Below are positions 29,858-40,786 of a stretch of 64,000 bases of DNA, one piece after another (the first letter of the stretch is position 1; each line of letters starts with the position of its first letter). The notes below the pieces were generated by a model, which ran no database searches, was not told the DNA's origin, and saw nothing but the letters and a program-made list of their open reading frames with translations. The stretch is from Vulcanimicrobiota bacterium (GTDB taxonomy: Bacteria > Vulcanimicrobiota > Vulcanimicrobiia > Vulcanimicrobiales > Vulcanimicrobiaceae). Position numbers and translations under genes: made by a program. Location of the stretch: assembly GCA_003135555.1 (NCBI GenBank), contig PLCF01000085.1, positions 221,493 to 285,492 on the forward strand, written 5' to 3'.

Positions 29858-31198
29858 ATGAAACCTGGTACCGTCGTCCTTTCCACGGCGCGGACGCCGT
29901 TCGGCCGCCTCGGCGGTGCGCTGGCCGCGCTGACCGCGACCACGCTGGGCGCCGACGCGATCCGCAACGCGATCGTGCGCGCCGGGATCGACCCGGCCGA
30001 CGTCGAGCACGTCATCATGGGCCAGGTGATCCAGGCCGGCGCCGGCCAGGCGCCGGCGCGCCAAGCGGCGTTCAAGGCCGGCTTGGCCAAGACGACGACG
30101 GCCGAGACCGTGAACAAGGTCTGCGCCTCGGGGATGCTGGCCGTGGTCTACGCGGCGCGCTGCATCGGCGACGGGGACAACCGCGTCGTCGTCGCCGGCG
30201 GGATGGAATCGATGTCCAACGCGCCCTACCTGCTCCCCGGCGCGCGCAACGGCTACCGCTACGGCAACGCCGTCCTGGTCGACGCGATGATCAACGACGG
30301 CTTGTGGGACTACTACTTCGACGAAGCGATGGCGGCGCAAGGCGCGCGCGTCGCGGCGGAGCTGGGCGTGACCCGCGCGGTGCAGGACGAGTTCGCGTAC
30401 CAGAGTCACAAACGCGCGTACGAGGCGCACGAAGCCGGCGACTTCGCCGCGGAACTCGTCCCGGTCAACGTCGCGACCAAGGCGAAGGGCAAGATCGTCG
30501 TCGACGCGTTGCCGCAGCCGGCGCGCGCGCGCATCCCGGCGCTGGCCGGCGCCGGTGCCGCCGGCGGCGCCGTATGGGATCACGTCCCGCCGCCCGGCAT
30601 GGTCGCCGATCCGGCACAGCACTCACCGTACCTGACCGGCGACGTGCCCTACACGACGGTCGACCGCGACGAAGCGGTGCGCCGCGAAGCCTCGATCGAC
30701 GCCATGGCCAAGCTGCGCCCGATCGACGCCGGCGGAACGATCACCGCCGGGAACGCGCCGGGCGTGAACGACGGCGCCGCAGCGCTGGTGCTGTCGTCGC
30801 CCGACTACGCCCGCGCGGTCGGAGCGCAGCCGATCGCCGAGATCGTCGACCACGCCGCGGTCGCCTGGGATCCGCCGTACCTGGCGCTGGTGCCCGCGAT
30901 GGCGGCGCAGAAGCTGCTCGACGCACAGGGGCTGCACGCCGCCGACATCCACGTGTGGGAGATCAACGAAGCGTTCGCCGCCGTGGCGCTGACCGCCGCG
31001 ACGCGGCTGGGGCTGGATCCGTCGACGATCAACGTGCGTGGCGGTGCGGTCGCGCTGGGTCATCCGATCGGCGCCTCCGGGGCGCGCATCGTCGCCGCGG
31101 TCGTGCAACAGCTGCGCAAACGCGGCGGTGGGCTCGGGATTGCGGCGATCTGCAGCGGCGGAGGACAGGGGGACGCTGTTCTCGTGCGCGTCGGCTAA
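29858..31198 (+). CDS. Acetyl-CoA C-acyltransferase (thiolase) with an internal insertion
   Basis: NKVCASG, GGMESMS, NEAF, GHPIGASG, ICSGGG. Confidence 0.92.
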   Translation: MKPGTVVLSTARTPFGRLGGALAALTATTLGADAIRNAIVRAGIDPADVEHVIMGQVIQAGAGQAPARQAAFKAGLAKTTTAETVNKVCASGMLAVVYAARCIGDGDNRVVVAGGMESMSNAPYLLPGARNGYRYGNAVLVDAMINDGLWDYYFDEAMAAQGARVAAELGVTRAVQDEFAYQSHKRAYEAHEAGDFAAELVPVNVATKAKGKIVVDALPQPARARIPALAGAGAAGGAVWDHVPPPGMVADPAQHSPYLTGDVPYTTVDRDEAVRREASIDAMAKLRPIDAGGTITAGNAPGVNDGAAALVLSSPDYARAVGAQPIAEIVDHAAVAWDPPYLALVPAMAAQKLLDAQGLHAADIHVWEINEAFAAVALTAATRLGLDPSTINVRGGAVALGHPIGASGARIVAAVVQQLRKRGGGLGIAAICSGGGQGDAVLVRVG

Positions 31199-31203
31199 GG
31201 CGT

Positions 31204-32055
31204 GTGAGAGTCGTAGTCGTCGGCGCGGGGCAGATGGGGGGCGGCATCGCGCAGGTGCTCGCCGCCCAAGGGCACGAGGTGCTCCTCAACGACGTCGACG
31301 AGGCGCGCATTCGGGCCGGGATCGAAGGGATTGCGAAGCGGCTCGACCGGGACGTCGAGAAGGGGCGCATGACGGCGGAGCAGCGCGGAGAGATTCTCGC
31401 GCACATCGACCCGCGCGCGCACCTGCACGATGTGGACGTGCAGCTGGCGATCGAGGCGGCGACCGAACGGCTCGATCTGAAGTTGGATTTGTTCCGCTTC
31501 CTGGACGCGAACACGCCGCCCGAAGCGATCTTGGCCTCGAACACCTCGTCGATCTCGATCACCGTGCTGGGGCAGGTTACGTCGAAACCCGCCAACGTCA
31601 TCGGGATGCATTTCATGAACCCCGTGCCGGTGATGAAGCTCGTCGAGATCATTCGCGGGATCGCGACGTCGGACGCGACCTTCGGTGCGGTGCGCGATCT
31701 CGCGCTGGGGCTGGGGAAGACGCCGGTCGAGGTGCGTGACTTTCCGGGGTTCATCTCGAACCGCGTGTTGTTGCCGATGATCAACGAGGCGATCTACGCG
31801 CTCTACGAGGGCGTGGCTTCGGTCGAGGCGATCGACACGGTGATGAAGCTGGGGATGAACCATCCGATGGGCCCCCTCACGCTGGCCGACTTCATCGGGC
31901 TCGACACGTGCCTGGCGATCATGAACGTCCTCTACGACGGGTTCGGCGACTCGAAGTACCGGCCGTGTCCGTTGCTCAAGCAGTACGTCGCCGCCGGCTG
32001 GCTGGGCAAAAAGTCGGGACGCGGTTTCTACGACTACGCCGGGGCCACGACGTGA
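31204..32055 (+). CDS. hbd: 3-hydroxybutyryl-CoA dehydrogenase
   Basis: GAGQMGGGIA, SNTSS, GMHFMNP, GMNHPMGPL, LGKKSGRGFY. Confidence 0.9.
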   Translation: MRVVVVGAGQMGGGIAQVLAAQGHEVLLNDVDEARIRAGIEGIAKRLDRDVEKGRMTAEQRGEILAHIDPRAHLHDVDVQLAIEAATERLDLKLDLFRFLDANTPPEAILASNTSSISITVLGQVTSKPANVIGMHFMNPVPVMKLVEIIRGIATSDATFGAVRDLALGLGKTPVEVRDFPGFISNRVLLPMINEAIYALYEGVASVEAIDTVMKLGMNHPMGPLTLADFIGLDTCLAIMNVLYDGFGDSKYRPCPLLKQYVAAGWLGKKSGRGFYDYAGATT

Positions 32056-33215
32056 TCGAAGCCGCGCGGCCCGGCGCGTTCGAACTCAGCGACGAGCAGC
32101 GCGCGATCGGCGAGGTCGCGCGCGACGTCGCGCAGCGCGAGATCGCGCCGCACATCGCGCAGTGGGATCGCGAGCACGTCTTCCCGCGCGCGCTGTACGC
32201 CAAGCTCACTGCGGCGGGGCTCATGGGGATGCTCGTCCCCGAAGCGTTCGGCGGCGTGGCGGCGGACTACGTGTCGTACGCGCTGGCGATCGAGGAACTG
32301 GCGAAGGTCGATGCCGGGACCGCGGTGACGGTCTCGGTGCATTCGATGATCTGCAACGCGATCGCCAAGCTGGGCTCCGCGGCGCAGCAAGCGCGCTGGC
32401 TCGAGCCGCTCGCGACCGCCGACGTCATCGCCGGGTTCGGCCTCACCGAGCCCGACGCCGGCTCGGATGCCGCCGCGATCCGCGCGACCGCGCGGCGCGA
32501 CGGCGACGGCTGGGTGCTCAACGGGCGCAAGCAGTGGTGCACCAACGGCGCGTACTCCGGCGTGATCATGGCGATGTTCCGCACCGGCGGCGCGGGATCC
32601 AAGGGGATCAGCGCGTTTCTGGTCGACAGCACGCTGGCCGGGGTCGTGGTCGAGAAGACGACCGAGAAGCTGGGCATCCACACCTCCAACACCGTCGACC
32701 TCGCCTTCGACGACGTGCGCGTTCCGGGCGCAGCGATGCTGGGCGCCCAGGGCGCCGGCCTCACCCAGGCGTTGACGACGTTGACGTCCGGACGGATCGG
32801 GATCGCGGCGCAGGCCACCGGGATCCTGAGCGCGTGCTTGGATGCGTCGGTGACGTTCGCAAAGGATCGCAGCGCGTTCGGTAAACCGATCGGCGCGTTC
32901 GAGGGCATCTCGTTCAAGATCGCGCGCATGGCGACCGATCTCGATGCGGCGCGGTTGCTGGTCTACCGCGCGGCGGCGCTGGCGGACTCGGGCCGGCCGT
33001 TCGTCATCGAGGCGTCCAAGGCAAAGCTCTTCGCGTCGACCAAAGCGCGCGAGCACGCCGCGGAGGCGGTGCAGATCCACGGCGGCTACGGCTACACCAC
33101 CGAGTTCCCGGTCGAGCGGTACTACCGCGACGCGAAGATCACCGAGATCTACGAAGGGACCTCGGAGATCCAGCAGCTCGTGATCGCACGCAGCCTGTTG
33201 GGCCGGCTCGACTAG
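32052..33215 (+). CDS. Short-chain acyl-CoA dehydrogenase
   Basis: FGLTEPDAGSD, NGRKQW, GRIGIAAQ, QIHGGYGY, IYEGTSEIQ. Confidence 0.92.
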   Translation: MIEAARPGAFELSDEQRAIGEVARDVAQREIAPHIAQWDREHVFPRALYAKLTAAGLMGMLVPEAFGGVAADYVSYALAIEELAKVDAGTAVTVSVHSMICNAIAKLGSAAQQARWLEPLATADVIAGFGLTEPDAGSDAAAIRATARRDGDGWVLNGRKQWCTNGAYSGVIMAMFRTGGAGSKGISAFLVDSTLAGVVVEKTTEKLGIHTSNTVDLAFDDVRVPGAAMLGAQGAGLTQALTTLTSGRIGIAAQATGILSACLDASVTFAKDRSAFGKPIGAFEGISFKIARMATDLDAARLLVYRAAALADSGRPFVIEASKAKLFASTKAREHAAEAVQIHGGYGYTTEFPVERYYRDAKITEIYEGTSEIQQLVIARSLLGRLD

Positions 33216-33625
33216 CCGGGATCGAGAAAGCGGTCGCGCAGCTCCGGCGTGGGGAGCGGGCAGGTATCGCTGCGCCCGAACCAGCGGTAGCGGTTGCGCG
33301 CGATCCAACGGTAGGCGGCGTCGCGCGCCGCGCGCGGGATCAGGATCGCGGCGAACGCGAGCGGCCAGGGGGCCCGCAGGCCGAGCGCGATGTGCAGCGC
33401 GGCGTCGCTGCGCTCGTAGCGGCGGCCGTGGTCGAGCAGCACGACCGAGTCCGGCTCGAGCGGGTCCGAGAGGCGATCGCCGAGCAGCTCGCGCGCCCGC
33501 GGCGACTGCAATGACGCAAACGCGAAGCGGCCGGCCGGATCGTTCGCGGCGATGAAGCGCACCGCGGCGTTGCACAAGTTGCACACGCCGTCGAACAAGA
33601 CGACGGCCTGCTGCTGGTCGGACAC
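33212..33625 (-). CDS. DCC-family thiol-disulfide oxidoreductase (YuxK-like)
   Basis: LFDGVCNLC, FASLQS, YRWIARNRYRWFG. Confidence 0.85.
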   Translation of the reverse strand: MSDQQQAVVLFDGVCNLCNAAVRFIAANDPAGRFAFASLQSPRARELLGDRLSDPLEPDSVVLLDHGRRYERSDAALHIALGLRAPWPLAFAAILIPRAARDAAYRWIARNRYRWFGRSDTCPLPTPELRDRFLDPG

Positions 33626-33636
33626 CGCTGCGCGGC

Positions 33637-34401
33637 TTACTTCTTGAAGAACGTGTCGCTGACCAGCGTCACGATCATGTGCGTGCTGGTCGTGATCGAC
33701 TCGTCGACACCGATCTGCCGGTGGATCTTGGCGGTGAGATCGTACGACATGGGCGACACGAGGTCGGTCGCGTAGTTCGTCGTCCCGTGGTCGCTTTCGT
33801 CGAAGCCGTGGATGCCGGCCACGGAGATCGAGCCCTCGAGTGCGATCATCGCCTGAACGCCGTCGACGCTGCTGACGCGATAGGTGGTGTTCCCCTTCGC
33901 CGGCGGCGGCGCGGCGATCGTCCACGACGAGCCCGGGCTCACGTTGCGATCCGCGATGAACCCGCGGGCGAGCAGCGGCAGGACGTGCAGCGCCTCGGGG
34001 CCGAGCTGTTTGGTCGGATCGGCGGCCAGCCGCCCGTCGGCGTACAGCGCGACGCGCGTCTTGGGTTGACTCGTGCGCGTCCCGATATAGGTCGCGTCGA
34101 CGACGAGGCCGCCGTCCTTGGTCACCGCGACGATGTCGATCGTCAGCCGCCCGGTCTCGCCGCCGTCGAGGCCGACACCGGCGGTCCCGTTACCGGAGGA
34201 GACGCCCGGATTGTCCGACATCGGCGAGCCGCCGCCCATGCCGGAGTTGAAGCCCGACGTTTTCTTCTCGTGGTAGCTGTGCGCCGACGACTGCACGTCG
34301 TAGACGAGCGAGCGCAACACCTTGAGCGGTGCGTCGGCGGCGGTCGCCGCGACGGGAACGGCCAGTGCCGCGAGAACGCCGAGAGCAAGCAGGCAGCGCA
34401 T
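33637..34401 (-). CDS. Secreted hypothetical protein
   Basis: Signal peptide MRCLLALGVLAALAVPVAATAAD after GGAGG RBS; host-like codon usage. Confidence 0.65.
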   Translation of the reverse strand: MRCLLALGVLAALAVPVAATAADAPLKVLRSLVYDVQSSAHSYHEKKTSGFNSGMGGGSPMSDNPGVSSGNGTAGVGLDGGETGRLTIDIVAVTKDGGLVVDATYIGTRTSQPKTRVALYADGRLAADPTKQLGPEALHVLPLLARGFIADRNVSPGSSWTIAAPPPAKGNTTYRVSSVDGVQAMIALEGSISVAGIHGFDESDHGTTNYATDLVSPMSYDLTAKIHRQIGVDESITTSTHMIVTLVSDTFFKK

Positions 34402-34522
34402 GGCGAACGGCCCTCCTTCGCTGCGCGGAAGTTTCGGCGCGCCGCCCGCCTGCGGCCTCTCGCGAAGTGCGACGATTGTCGTCCAGGGCTCGTCTTTCGC
34501 CGCGCGGAACGCTCGGCGCGCC

Positions 34523-35689
34523 ATGAAGCTGATGGAGTACCAGGGCAAAGACCTGTTCCGGCGCGTCGGGATACCGACGCCCAACGGGGTCTACGCGACC
34601 GACGCCGGGGCAGTGAAGGCGTATCTCACCGAACATCCCGGGTCGTGGGTGCTCAAGAGCCAGGTGATGATGGGCGGCCGCGGCAAGGCCGGCGGGATCA
34701 AGTTCGCCGACGACGCGCAACAGGGTGAGACGCTGGCGCGCGAACTGCTCGGCAAAGTGCTCAAGTCGGTCCAGAATCCCGACGGCGAGGAAGTCAAGTC
34801 GCTGCTCGTCGAGGAGAAAGTCGACATCGCGAGCGAGGCCTACGTCTCGATCACCATCGACCGCGCGGCGAAAAAGCCGGTCGTGATGGTCTCGCGCTTC
34901 GGCGGCATGGACGTCGAAGAGGTCGCGGAAAAAAACCCCGACGACATCAAGAAGTATTGGGTCGATCCCTCGATCGGCTACTCGCCCTACATCGGGCGCC
35001 GGCTCGCCTTCGCCGCCGAGCTTCCGGCCGGGTATCGCAAAGCGTTCCCGGCGATCCTCGGCGCGCTGTACACGCTGTTCATGGACTACGGCGCGAACTT
35101 GGTCGAGATCAATCCGCTGGTGTTGACCAAGGATGGTCGCGTGATCGCGAGCGATGCCAAGGTCGAGCTCGACGACAACGGTCTCTACAAACATCCCGAG
35201 ATCGCGCAGTGGAACAGTGAATCGCCCGCCGACGAGGATCAGGCCGCCGCGGTCGCGATCGGGCTGGGGATGTCGAACTACGCCAAGCTCGGCGGTACGA
35301 TCGGGGTGATCGCCAACGGCGCGGGCTTGGGGATGGGCACAATGGACGCGATTCGCAGCGCCGGCGGCGAAGCGGCGAACTTCCTCGACATCGGCGGCGG
35401 CGCGCAAGCCGACCTGGTGAAGAAGAGCTACAACCTGGTGACCTCAGACCCCCGCGTCAACGCGATGTTCATCAACATCTTCGGCGGGATCACGCGCGGC
35501 GATCAGGTCGCCAGAGGCATCGTCGAGGCGCTCGCCGGCGACGATGTGCGCAAGGTCCCGCTGGTCGTGCGCCTGACCGGCACCAATGCTGAAGAGGGCC
35601 GCCGCATCTTGGACGCCGCAGGCTTCGTGCCGGTCGAAACGATGGACGAAGGCGCCGCCCGCGCCGTCGCGCTCGCGAACGGGAGATAG
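34523..35689 (+). CDS. sucC: Succinyl-CoA synthetase beta subunit
   Basis: [44 protein letters not shown]. Confidence 0.95.
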   Translation: MKLMEYQGKDLFRRVGIPTPNGVYATDAGAVKAYLTEHPGSWVLKSQVMMGGRGKAGGIKFADDAQQGETLARELLGKVLKSVQNPDGEEVKSLLVEEKVDIASEAYVSITIDRAAKKPVVMVSRFGGMDVEEVAEKNPDDIKKYWVDPSIGYSPYIGRRLAFAAELPAGYRKAFPAILGALYTLFMDYGANLVEINPLVLTKDGRVIASDAKVELDDNGLYKHPEIAQWNSESPADEDQAAAVAIGLGMSNYAKLGGTIGVIANGAGLGMGTMDAIRSAGGEAANFLDIGGGAQADLVKKSYNLVTSDPRVNAMFINIFGGITRGDQVARGIVEALAGDDVRKVPLVVRLTGTNAEEGRRILDAAGFVPVETMDEGAARAVALANGR

Positions 35690-35816
35690 AGAAGATGTTG
35701 TTACGAGCCCCCTGGGGGAATCCGGATCGTACCAGAGTGACGCCGGGCTCGACGGTCGGGGGGCCCCGCGCCGAAGGCGTGGGGGGCGCGGAGCCTGGGG
35801 CGGAGCGCCTTTAAAC

Positions 35817-36698
35817 ATGAGTATCTACCTGGACAAGAACTCCAAAGTTATCGTGCAAGGCATCACGGGGCGCGAAGGGGCGTTTCACACGCAGCGGATG
35901 CTGGCGTACGGGACGCGGATCGTCGGGGGCGTGACGCCGGGCAAAGGCGGGACCACGATCGAGACCGGCCAGCCGGTGTTCGACACGGTCAAGGACGCGG
36001 TCGACGCGACCGGGGCGACGCACTCCATCCTGTTCGTTCCGCCGTTCGCGGGCGCCGATGCGCTGTGGGAGGCCTACGACGCGGGGATCACCCTGGCGGT
36101 GTGCATTACCGAGGGGATCCCGGCGCACGACATGCTGCGGGTGGTCGCGACCACGTCCGGGATGCGCATCATCGGCGGCAACTGCCCCGGGGTCATCTCG
36201 CCGGGCAAGTCGCTCGTCGGCATCATGCCCGGCCACATCTTCAAAGAGGGCAAGGTCGGGATGATCTCGCGCTCGGGGACCCTGACCTACGAGATCGTCG
36301 ACGGCCTCACCCGAGCCGGCTTCGGCCAATCGACCTGCGTGGGGATCGGGGGCGACCCGATCATCGGGACGACCTTCGTGGACTGCCTGCGTGCCTTTGC
36401 CAACGACCCCGAGACCACGGCCCTCGTCGTCGCCGGCGAGATCGGCGGCTCGGACGAAGAAGACGCCGCCGCATTCATCCAGGCGCACATCCCCGACAAG
36501 CCGGTCGTGGCGTTCATCGGCGGACGGTCCGCGCCTAAGGGGAAGCGGCTCGGCCACGCCGGGGCGATCATCTCGGGCAACACCGGGACCCCCGAGTCCA
36601 AGGTCAAGGCCTTCGCCGACGCCGGGGTCCCCGTCGCCGACCGGCCCTCCGACATCCCCAAGCTGCTGGCGGAACGGCTCAAGCCGATCCCGGCCTAG
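35817..36698 (+). CDS. sucD: Succinyl-CoA synthetase alpha subunit
   Basis: [31 protein letters not shown] (phospho-His). Confidence 0.95.
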   Translation: MSIYLDKNSKVIVQGITGREGAFHTQRMLAYGTRIVGGVTPGKGGTTIETGQPVFDTVKDAVDATGATHSILFVPPFAGADALWEAYDAGITLAVCITEGIPAHDMLRVVATTSGMRIIGGNCPGVISPGKSLVGIMPGHIFKEGKVGMISRSGTLTYEIVDGLTRAGFGQSTCVGIGGDPIIGTTFVDCLRAFANDPETTALVVAGEIGGSDEEDAAAFIQAHIPDKPVVAFIGGRSAPKGKRLGHAGAIISGNTGTPESKVKAFADAGVPVADRPSDIPKLLAERLKPIPA

Positions 36699-36700
36699 CC

Positions 36701-36925
36701 GTGCAGGGCGGCTACCAGTGTGAGGACTGCGGCGAGGCCGTCTGGCTCGCGACCACCCGCGCCGAGCTGGCTTGGCTCAAGAACCGGCGCCACGTCGTGC
36801 TCGAGGTGCAGCGCCACCTCGGCTCGGGCCTCGACGGCTGGATCGACGAAGGGCTCACCTTTCTCGAACGCCACGACGGGCACGGCGTGACGGTGGCCGA
36901 GCGGGGCGGCGGCACACGACCCTGA
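36701..36925 (+). CDS. Small hypothetical protein with CxxC
   Basis: YQCEDCG...HDGH; follows sucD by 2 nt; host-like codons. Confidence 0.55.
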   Translation: MQGGYQCEDCGEAVWLATTRAELAWLKNRRHVVLEVQRHLGSGLDGWIDEGLTFLERHDGHGVTVAERGGGTRP

Positions 36926-37051
36926 GGAATCTCTGAGGGGAAGGTCCCCCGCCTCTTTCGAAGGGGGACCGGTGCGCACTGAAGTCCGTCCCGGAAGGGG
37001 CTGGACTTTGCGGCGCTATCAAACCACCACCCTTCGAAAGGATTGGTGCTC

Positions 37052-40000
37052 GTGGCAATACCTCATTCCGTGAGGAAAGGTGTCGTCGCGGTTCTGCTGC
37101 TCATCGCATTCGTGCTCCAGGGAACGACAAGCGTTCTGGCAGGCACGACCGGTGGGATCAGCGGTACCGTCGTCGATCCTCAAACAAGCCAACCCGTCGC
37201 CGGCGCGCGCGTCACGGTTGCGAGCCCTTCGCAATCCCAGACCGCGACGTCCGATGCGGCCGGACGATTCTCGTTCATCTCGCTCAACCCCGACACGTAC
37301 ACCGTCTCCATACCGGCGTCAACGACCCGCGACGCGGTATCGGTGAGCGGCGTGACGGTCCAAGCCGACCAGACCATCAACGTCTCGGTCCAGCAGCCCA
37401 CGAAGCTCAAGGTCATCGGTACGGTGACCTCGCGCGCCGCGGGGGCGCTGGTCAAACCGGGTACGACGTCCGACGTCTACTCGATCAACGCCGTGACGCA
37501 GGACAAGGCCTCCGGCGTCGGCGGCGGCGGTAACCTCAACAGCGCGTGGTCCGCGATCGCTACCGTTCCTGGCGTTTTCGTCACGAACAATCAGGCCGGC
37601 TACATCGGCGCCGGCCCGTCGATCAGCATCCGCGGCGGCGACTACGACCAGATCGGTTACGAGCTGGACGGCGTCCCGGTCAACCGCGCGTTCGACAACT
37701 ACCCGTCCGGGCCGCTCTCCTCGCTGGGACAGCAGGAGCTGCAGGTCTACACCGGCGCACCGGCGGCCAACGCCGAGGCGAACGGCATCTCGGGCTACAT
37801 CAACCAGGTCATCCGCACCGGCACGGCGCCGGCCTCGCGAAACCTCGATCTCGCGGTGGGAACGCCGATCCTGTACAACAAGGTGTCGTTCGAAGCGGGC
37901 GGCGCCAACCCGACGCGCACGTTCTCGTACTACCTCGGTGCCGGCGCGTACAATCAGTCCTTCCGGTACTACGATCAGTACAACGGCGCCAGCCTGCAGC
38001 CGTTCTGGGGCGCAGCCCTAGCGCAGTGCCCGAGCGCGGCCCCGATCGGGTGCCACGGACCGCAAGGCCAAGACTACACCAACGGCGGGCAGTCGAACCA
38101 GTATGCATGGGCGCTCGGCCCGTACAGCGCGTTCACCGGGTTCCTCCCGAACCTCGCTGACCGCGATACCGTGGTGAACTTCCACTTCGGTATCCCGCGT
38201 AAAGACGGCAACCGCGACGACGTCCAGTTGCTGTTCGACAACAACTTCATCAACAACCGGATTCCGAACTCGGCGAACGATCAAGGCGGCGTCGCCTTCC
38301 TCAATGCTATCGGAAACGGCACGCCTACCTACGCGGACGGCTATCACTTCATGGCCGCGCCGAACGGAACCGTCCTTCCGGCCGGCTTCACCGGCGGCAA
38401 CGGTGCCGGGGCGCCGTATCTGTTCCCGGACACCCCGGGCGGACGTGCGTTCGGAGCCGCCATCGACCCCAACCGCGAAGACGCGTTCAACAATAACCAG
38501 GCGATCGTGAAGCTCCAGTACCAGCGCAACTTCGGAACCAACGCGTTCCTGCGCGTGTACGGCTACACGTACTACTCCGACTGGCTGCAGAACGGTCCGG
38601 AGTCGGCCCTGCAGAACAACCTGGGCATCCCGGCCCAGTACCTGCTCGACAGCCACACGCGTGGCGTCAGCGCGCAGTTCTCGGACCAAGTGAACGCGCA
38701 GCACCTCATCTCGGTGCAGGGCGCCTACACGACGGCCTCGACGATGCGCTACAACAACTCCGGGATCGGCAACAACCCGCAAGTCGGTTTCCTCGTCAAC
38801 GCCAACAACCCGTACAACGGTACGTGCTACAACGGCCCAGCCGCCACGTCCGGCCCGTGCGCGTTCGGCGCGTTCACACCGACCCGGTTCACCGCGAAAC
38901 AGGCGTACCTGGGTACGATCACGCCTGCGAGCACGTGGGGCAACACGTGCGGTGGTCCGTGCGCGTACGTCGTCGGGAACACCGGCGTGAGCGCGACCTT
39001 CAACACGGTCGTGCCGAAGTTCACCTCGGCGTCGATCACCGATCAGTGGAAGCCGTCGGATCGGATCAACATCAACCTCGGGCTGCGTTATGACAGCTTC
39101 GTGTTCGACGGCGCCGACACGACCAACTCGCCGGCGCGGCAGCTGTTCTACAACGCGTACAACATGGTGAACGGCACCAACATCGTCAACGTCCCGAACC
39201 AAGTCGAGTCGTACAGCATCCTACAGCCGCGCATCGGAATGACCTATACGGTCGACCCGAACACGGTGCTGCGTCTGAGCTACGGCCGCTACGCCGAAGC
39301 TCCGAACAGCGCGTTCGAGCAGTACAACTTCCTGCAACCGAACGATGTCGCCAGCCTCGCGCGCTTCGGCAACTTCGGTCTGCCGACGACACCCGCGCAC
39401 CCGGTGCGCCCGTCGATCGCGGACAACTACGACTTCTCGTTCGAGCATCAGTTCGGCCGGGACACGGCGCTCAAGTTCACGCCGTTCCTGCGCAAAACGC
39501 AAGACCAGATCCAGCAGTTCTACCTCGATCAGCGGACGAACTTCGTCTCGGGGCTGAACGTCGGCAAGCAGACCTCGCAAGGCTTCGAGCTCGAGGTCGA
39601 CAAGGGCGATTTCTCGCGCAACGGACTTGCCGCGCGCTTGTCGTTCACCTACACCAACAGCTACATCAACTACACCGGTCTCGGCAACGGCGGCTCGGTC
39701 GTGACGCCGATCAACCAAGGCATCCAGGCCTACAACGCCTACACGTCCTTCTGTGCCGTGAATCCGACCGATGCGCGCTGCGGAAAGACCCAGGGCGGCG
39801 CGGCGCCGTCTGCCTGCTACTCGACGACCGGGGCTCCCATGCCATGCGGCCCCGGCACGATCGCGAACCCGTACTGGAACGCTCCGGTGCAAGCGCTCGT
39901 GGATGTGAATGCGAACTTCCCGACCTTCTCGCTGTTCCCGGGCGGCGCGCCCGGCGCGGGCGGGTACACCACCTACGGGGCACCGTACGTGGCGACGCTG

Positions 40001-40561
40001 ATCCTGCAGTACAAGCACGGGCCGTTGGCGATCACGCCGGCGCTCCAGTTCGCGGGCGGTCAGCGCTACGGCGTGCCGCTCTCGACCCCCGGCATCGTAC
40101 CGGATGGGGGCTGCAACGGACTCCCCGGCTCGACAGTCGGAGACCCGCGCTATCCGTACGGTGGCGCTCCGGGTGGAGCACCGTTCGACGCCGTTGGGTG
40201 CGGCCAGGCGATCCCAATCCCGAATCAGTTCACGAAGGCATTCGACGGCGTGGGCGGCTTCGTCGCTCCCAACTCGATCCTGTTGCACACGCAGATCACG
40301 TACGACGTGAACAAGCGCGTGACGCTGGTCGGGAACTTCGCGAACATCCTCAACCGCTGCTGGGGCGGCACGAAGGTTGCCTTCGGCGTGAACCAGGCTT
40401 GCGGTTACACGACCCCGACTCCGGAAGACGGCGGCAACCCGCTCATCGGGAACGCCTTCAACCCGGGTTGGAATCTCCAGCCGCAAGGGACGTTGCCGTA
40501 CTTCCCGACGTTCCCGGGCTTCCCGTTCAACATGTACTTCGAGGCACGGATCAAAATCTAG
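37052..40561 (+). CDS. TonB-dependent receptor with an N-terminal carboxypeptidase-regulatory-like domain
   Basis: Signal peptide then GTTGGISGTV; plug SIRGG...YELDGVPV; NLGLRYD, QPRIG, SYGRY; beta-strand C-terminus YFEARIKI. Start approximate. Confidence 0.88.
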   Translation: MAIPHSVRKGVVAVLLLIAFVLQGTTSVLAGTTGGISGTVVDPQTSQPVAGARVTVASPSQSQTATSDAAGRFSFISLNPDTYTVSIPASTTRDAVSVSGVTVQADQTINVSVQQPTKLKVIGTVTSRAAGALVKPGTTSDVYSINAVTQDKASGVGGGGNLNSAWSAIATVPGVFVTNNQAGYIGAGPSISIRGGDYDQIGYELDGVPVNRAFDNYPSGPLSSLGQQELQVYTGAPAANAEANGISGYINQVIRTGTAPASRNLDLAVGTPILYNKVSFEAGGANPTRTFSYYLGAGAYNQSFRYYDQYNGASLQPFWGAALAQCPSAAPIGCHGPQGQDYTNGGQSNQYAWALGPYSAFTGFLPNLADRDTVVNFHFGIPRKDGNRDDVQLLFDNNFINNRIPNSANDQGGVAFLNAIGNGTPTYADGYHFMAAPNGTVLPAGFTGGNGAGAPYLFPDTPGGRAFGAAIDPNREDAFNNNQAIVKLQYQRNFGTNAFLRVYGYTYYSDWLQNGPESALQNNLGIPAQYLLDSHTRGVSAQFSDQVNAQHLISVQGAYTTASTMRYNNSGIGNNPQVGFLVNANNPYNGTCYNGPAATSGPCAFGAFTPTRFTAKQAYLGTITPASTWGNTCGGPCAYVVGNTGVSATFNTVVPKFTSASITDQWKPSDRININLGLRYDSFVFDGADTTNSPARQLFYNAYNMVNGTNIVNVPNQVESYSILQPRIGMTYTVDPNTVLRLSYGRYAEAPNSAFEQYNFLQPNDVASLARFGNFGLPTTPAHPVRPSIADNYDFSFEHQFGRDTALKFTPFLRKTQDQIQQFYLDQRTNFVSGLNVGKQTSQGFELEVDKGDFSRNGLAARLSFTYTNSYINYTGLGNGGSVVTPINQGIQAYNAYTSFCAVNPTDARCGKTQGGAAPSACYSTTGAPMPCGPGTIANPYWNAPVQALVDVNANFPTFSLFPGGAPGAGGYTTYGAPYVATLILQYKHGPLAITPALQFAGGQRYGVPLSTPGIVPDGGCNGLPGSTVGDPRYPYGGAPGGAPFDAVGCGQAIPIPNQFTKAFDGVGGFVAPNSILLHTQITYDVNKRVTLVGNFANILNRCWGGTKVAFGVNQACGYTTPTPEDGGNPLIGNAFNPGWNLQPQGTLPYFPTFPGFPFNMYFEARIKI

Positions 40562-40586
40562 GCCTCGGCGTCAGCTGAACATGATT

Positions 40587-40621
40587 ACGGCCTCCGCTTC
40601 GGCGGGGGCCGTTTTTCTTTT
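40587..40621 (+). terminator. Intrinsic terminator
   Basis: ACGGCCTCCGC-TTCG-GCGGGGGCCGT followed by TTTTCTTTT. Confidence 0.85.
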
Positions 40622-40648
40622 GCACCGTCGTAATTGGGGCTGGGGCTC

Positions 40649-40786
40649 GGGGCGCGGGCGGGCGTGGTCCCTCCCGGGCACGCTCCCTGCGCGCTTCGTG
40701 CGCTTCGGTCGCTACGTGCTCCGTCGCTCTCGCCATCCTGGCTCCGTTCCTGCGCAAGTACCCGGGATGAACCACGCCCGCGCCCC
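40649..40786. repeat. Long imperfect palindromic element (REP/MITE-like)
   Basis: 40658-40681 and 40758-40781 are inverted repeats matching at 21 of 24 positions, with internal short palindromes. Confidence 0.5.

Noticed and set aside
35690..35816. Hairpin CCCCGCGCC-GAA-GGCGTGGGG between sucC and sucD
   Set aside because: A single short GC-rich hairpin with no second copy in the window; too little evidence for a named element.
36930..37050. Cobalamin riboswitch before the receptor
   Set aside because: No B12-box or other core motifs, and the region is too short.
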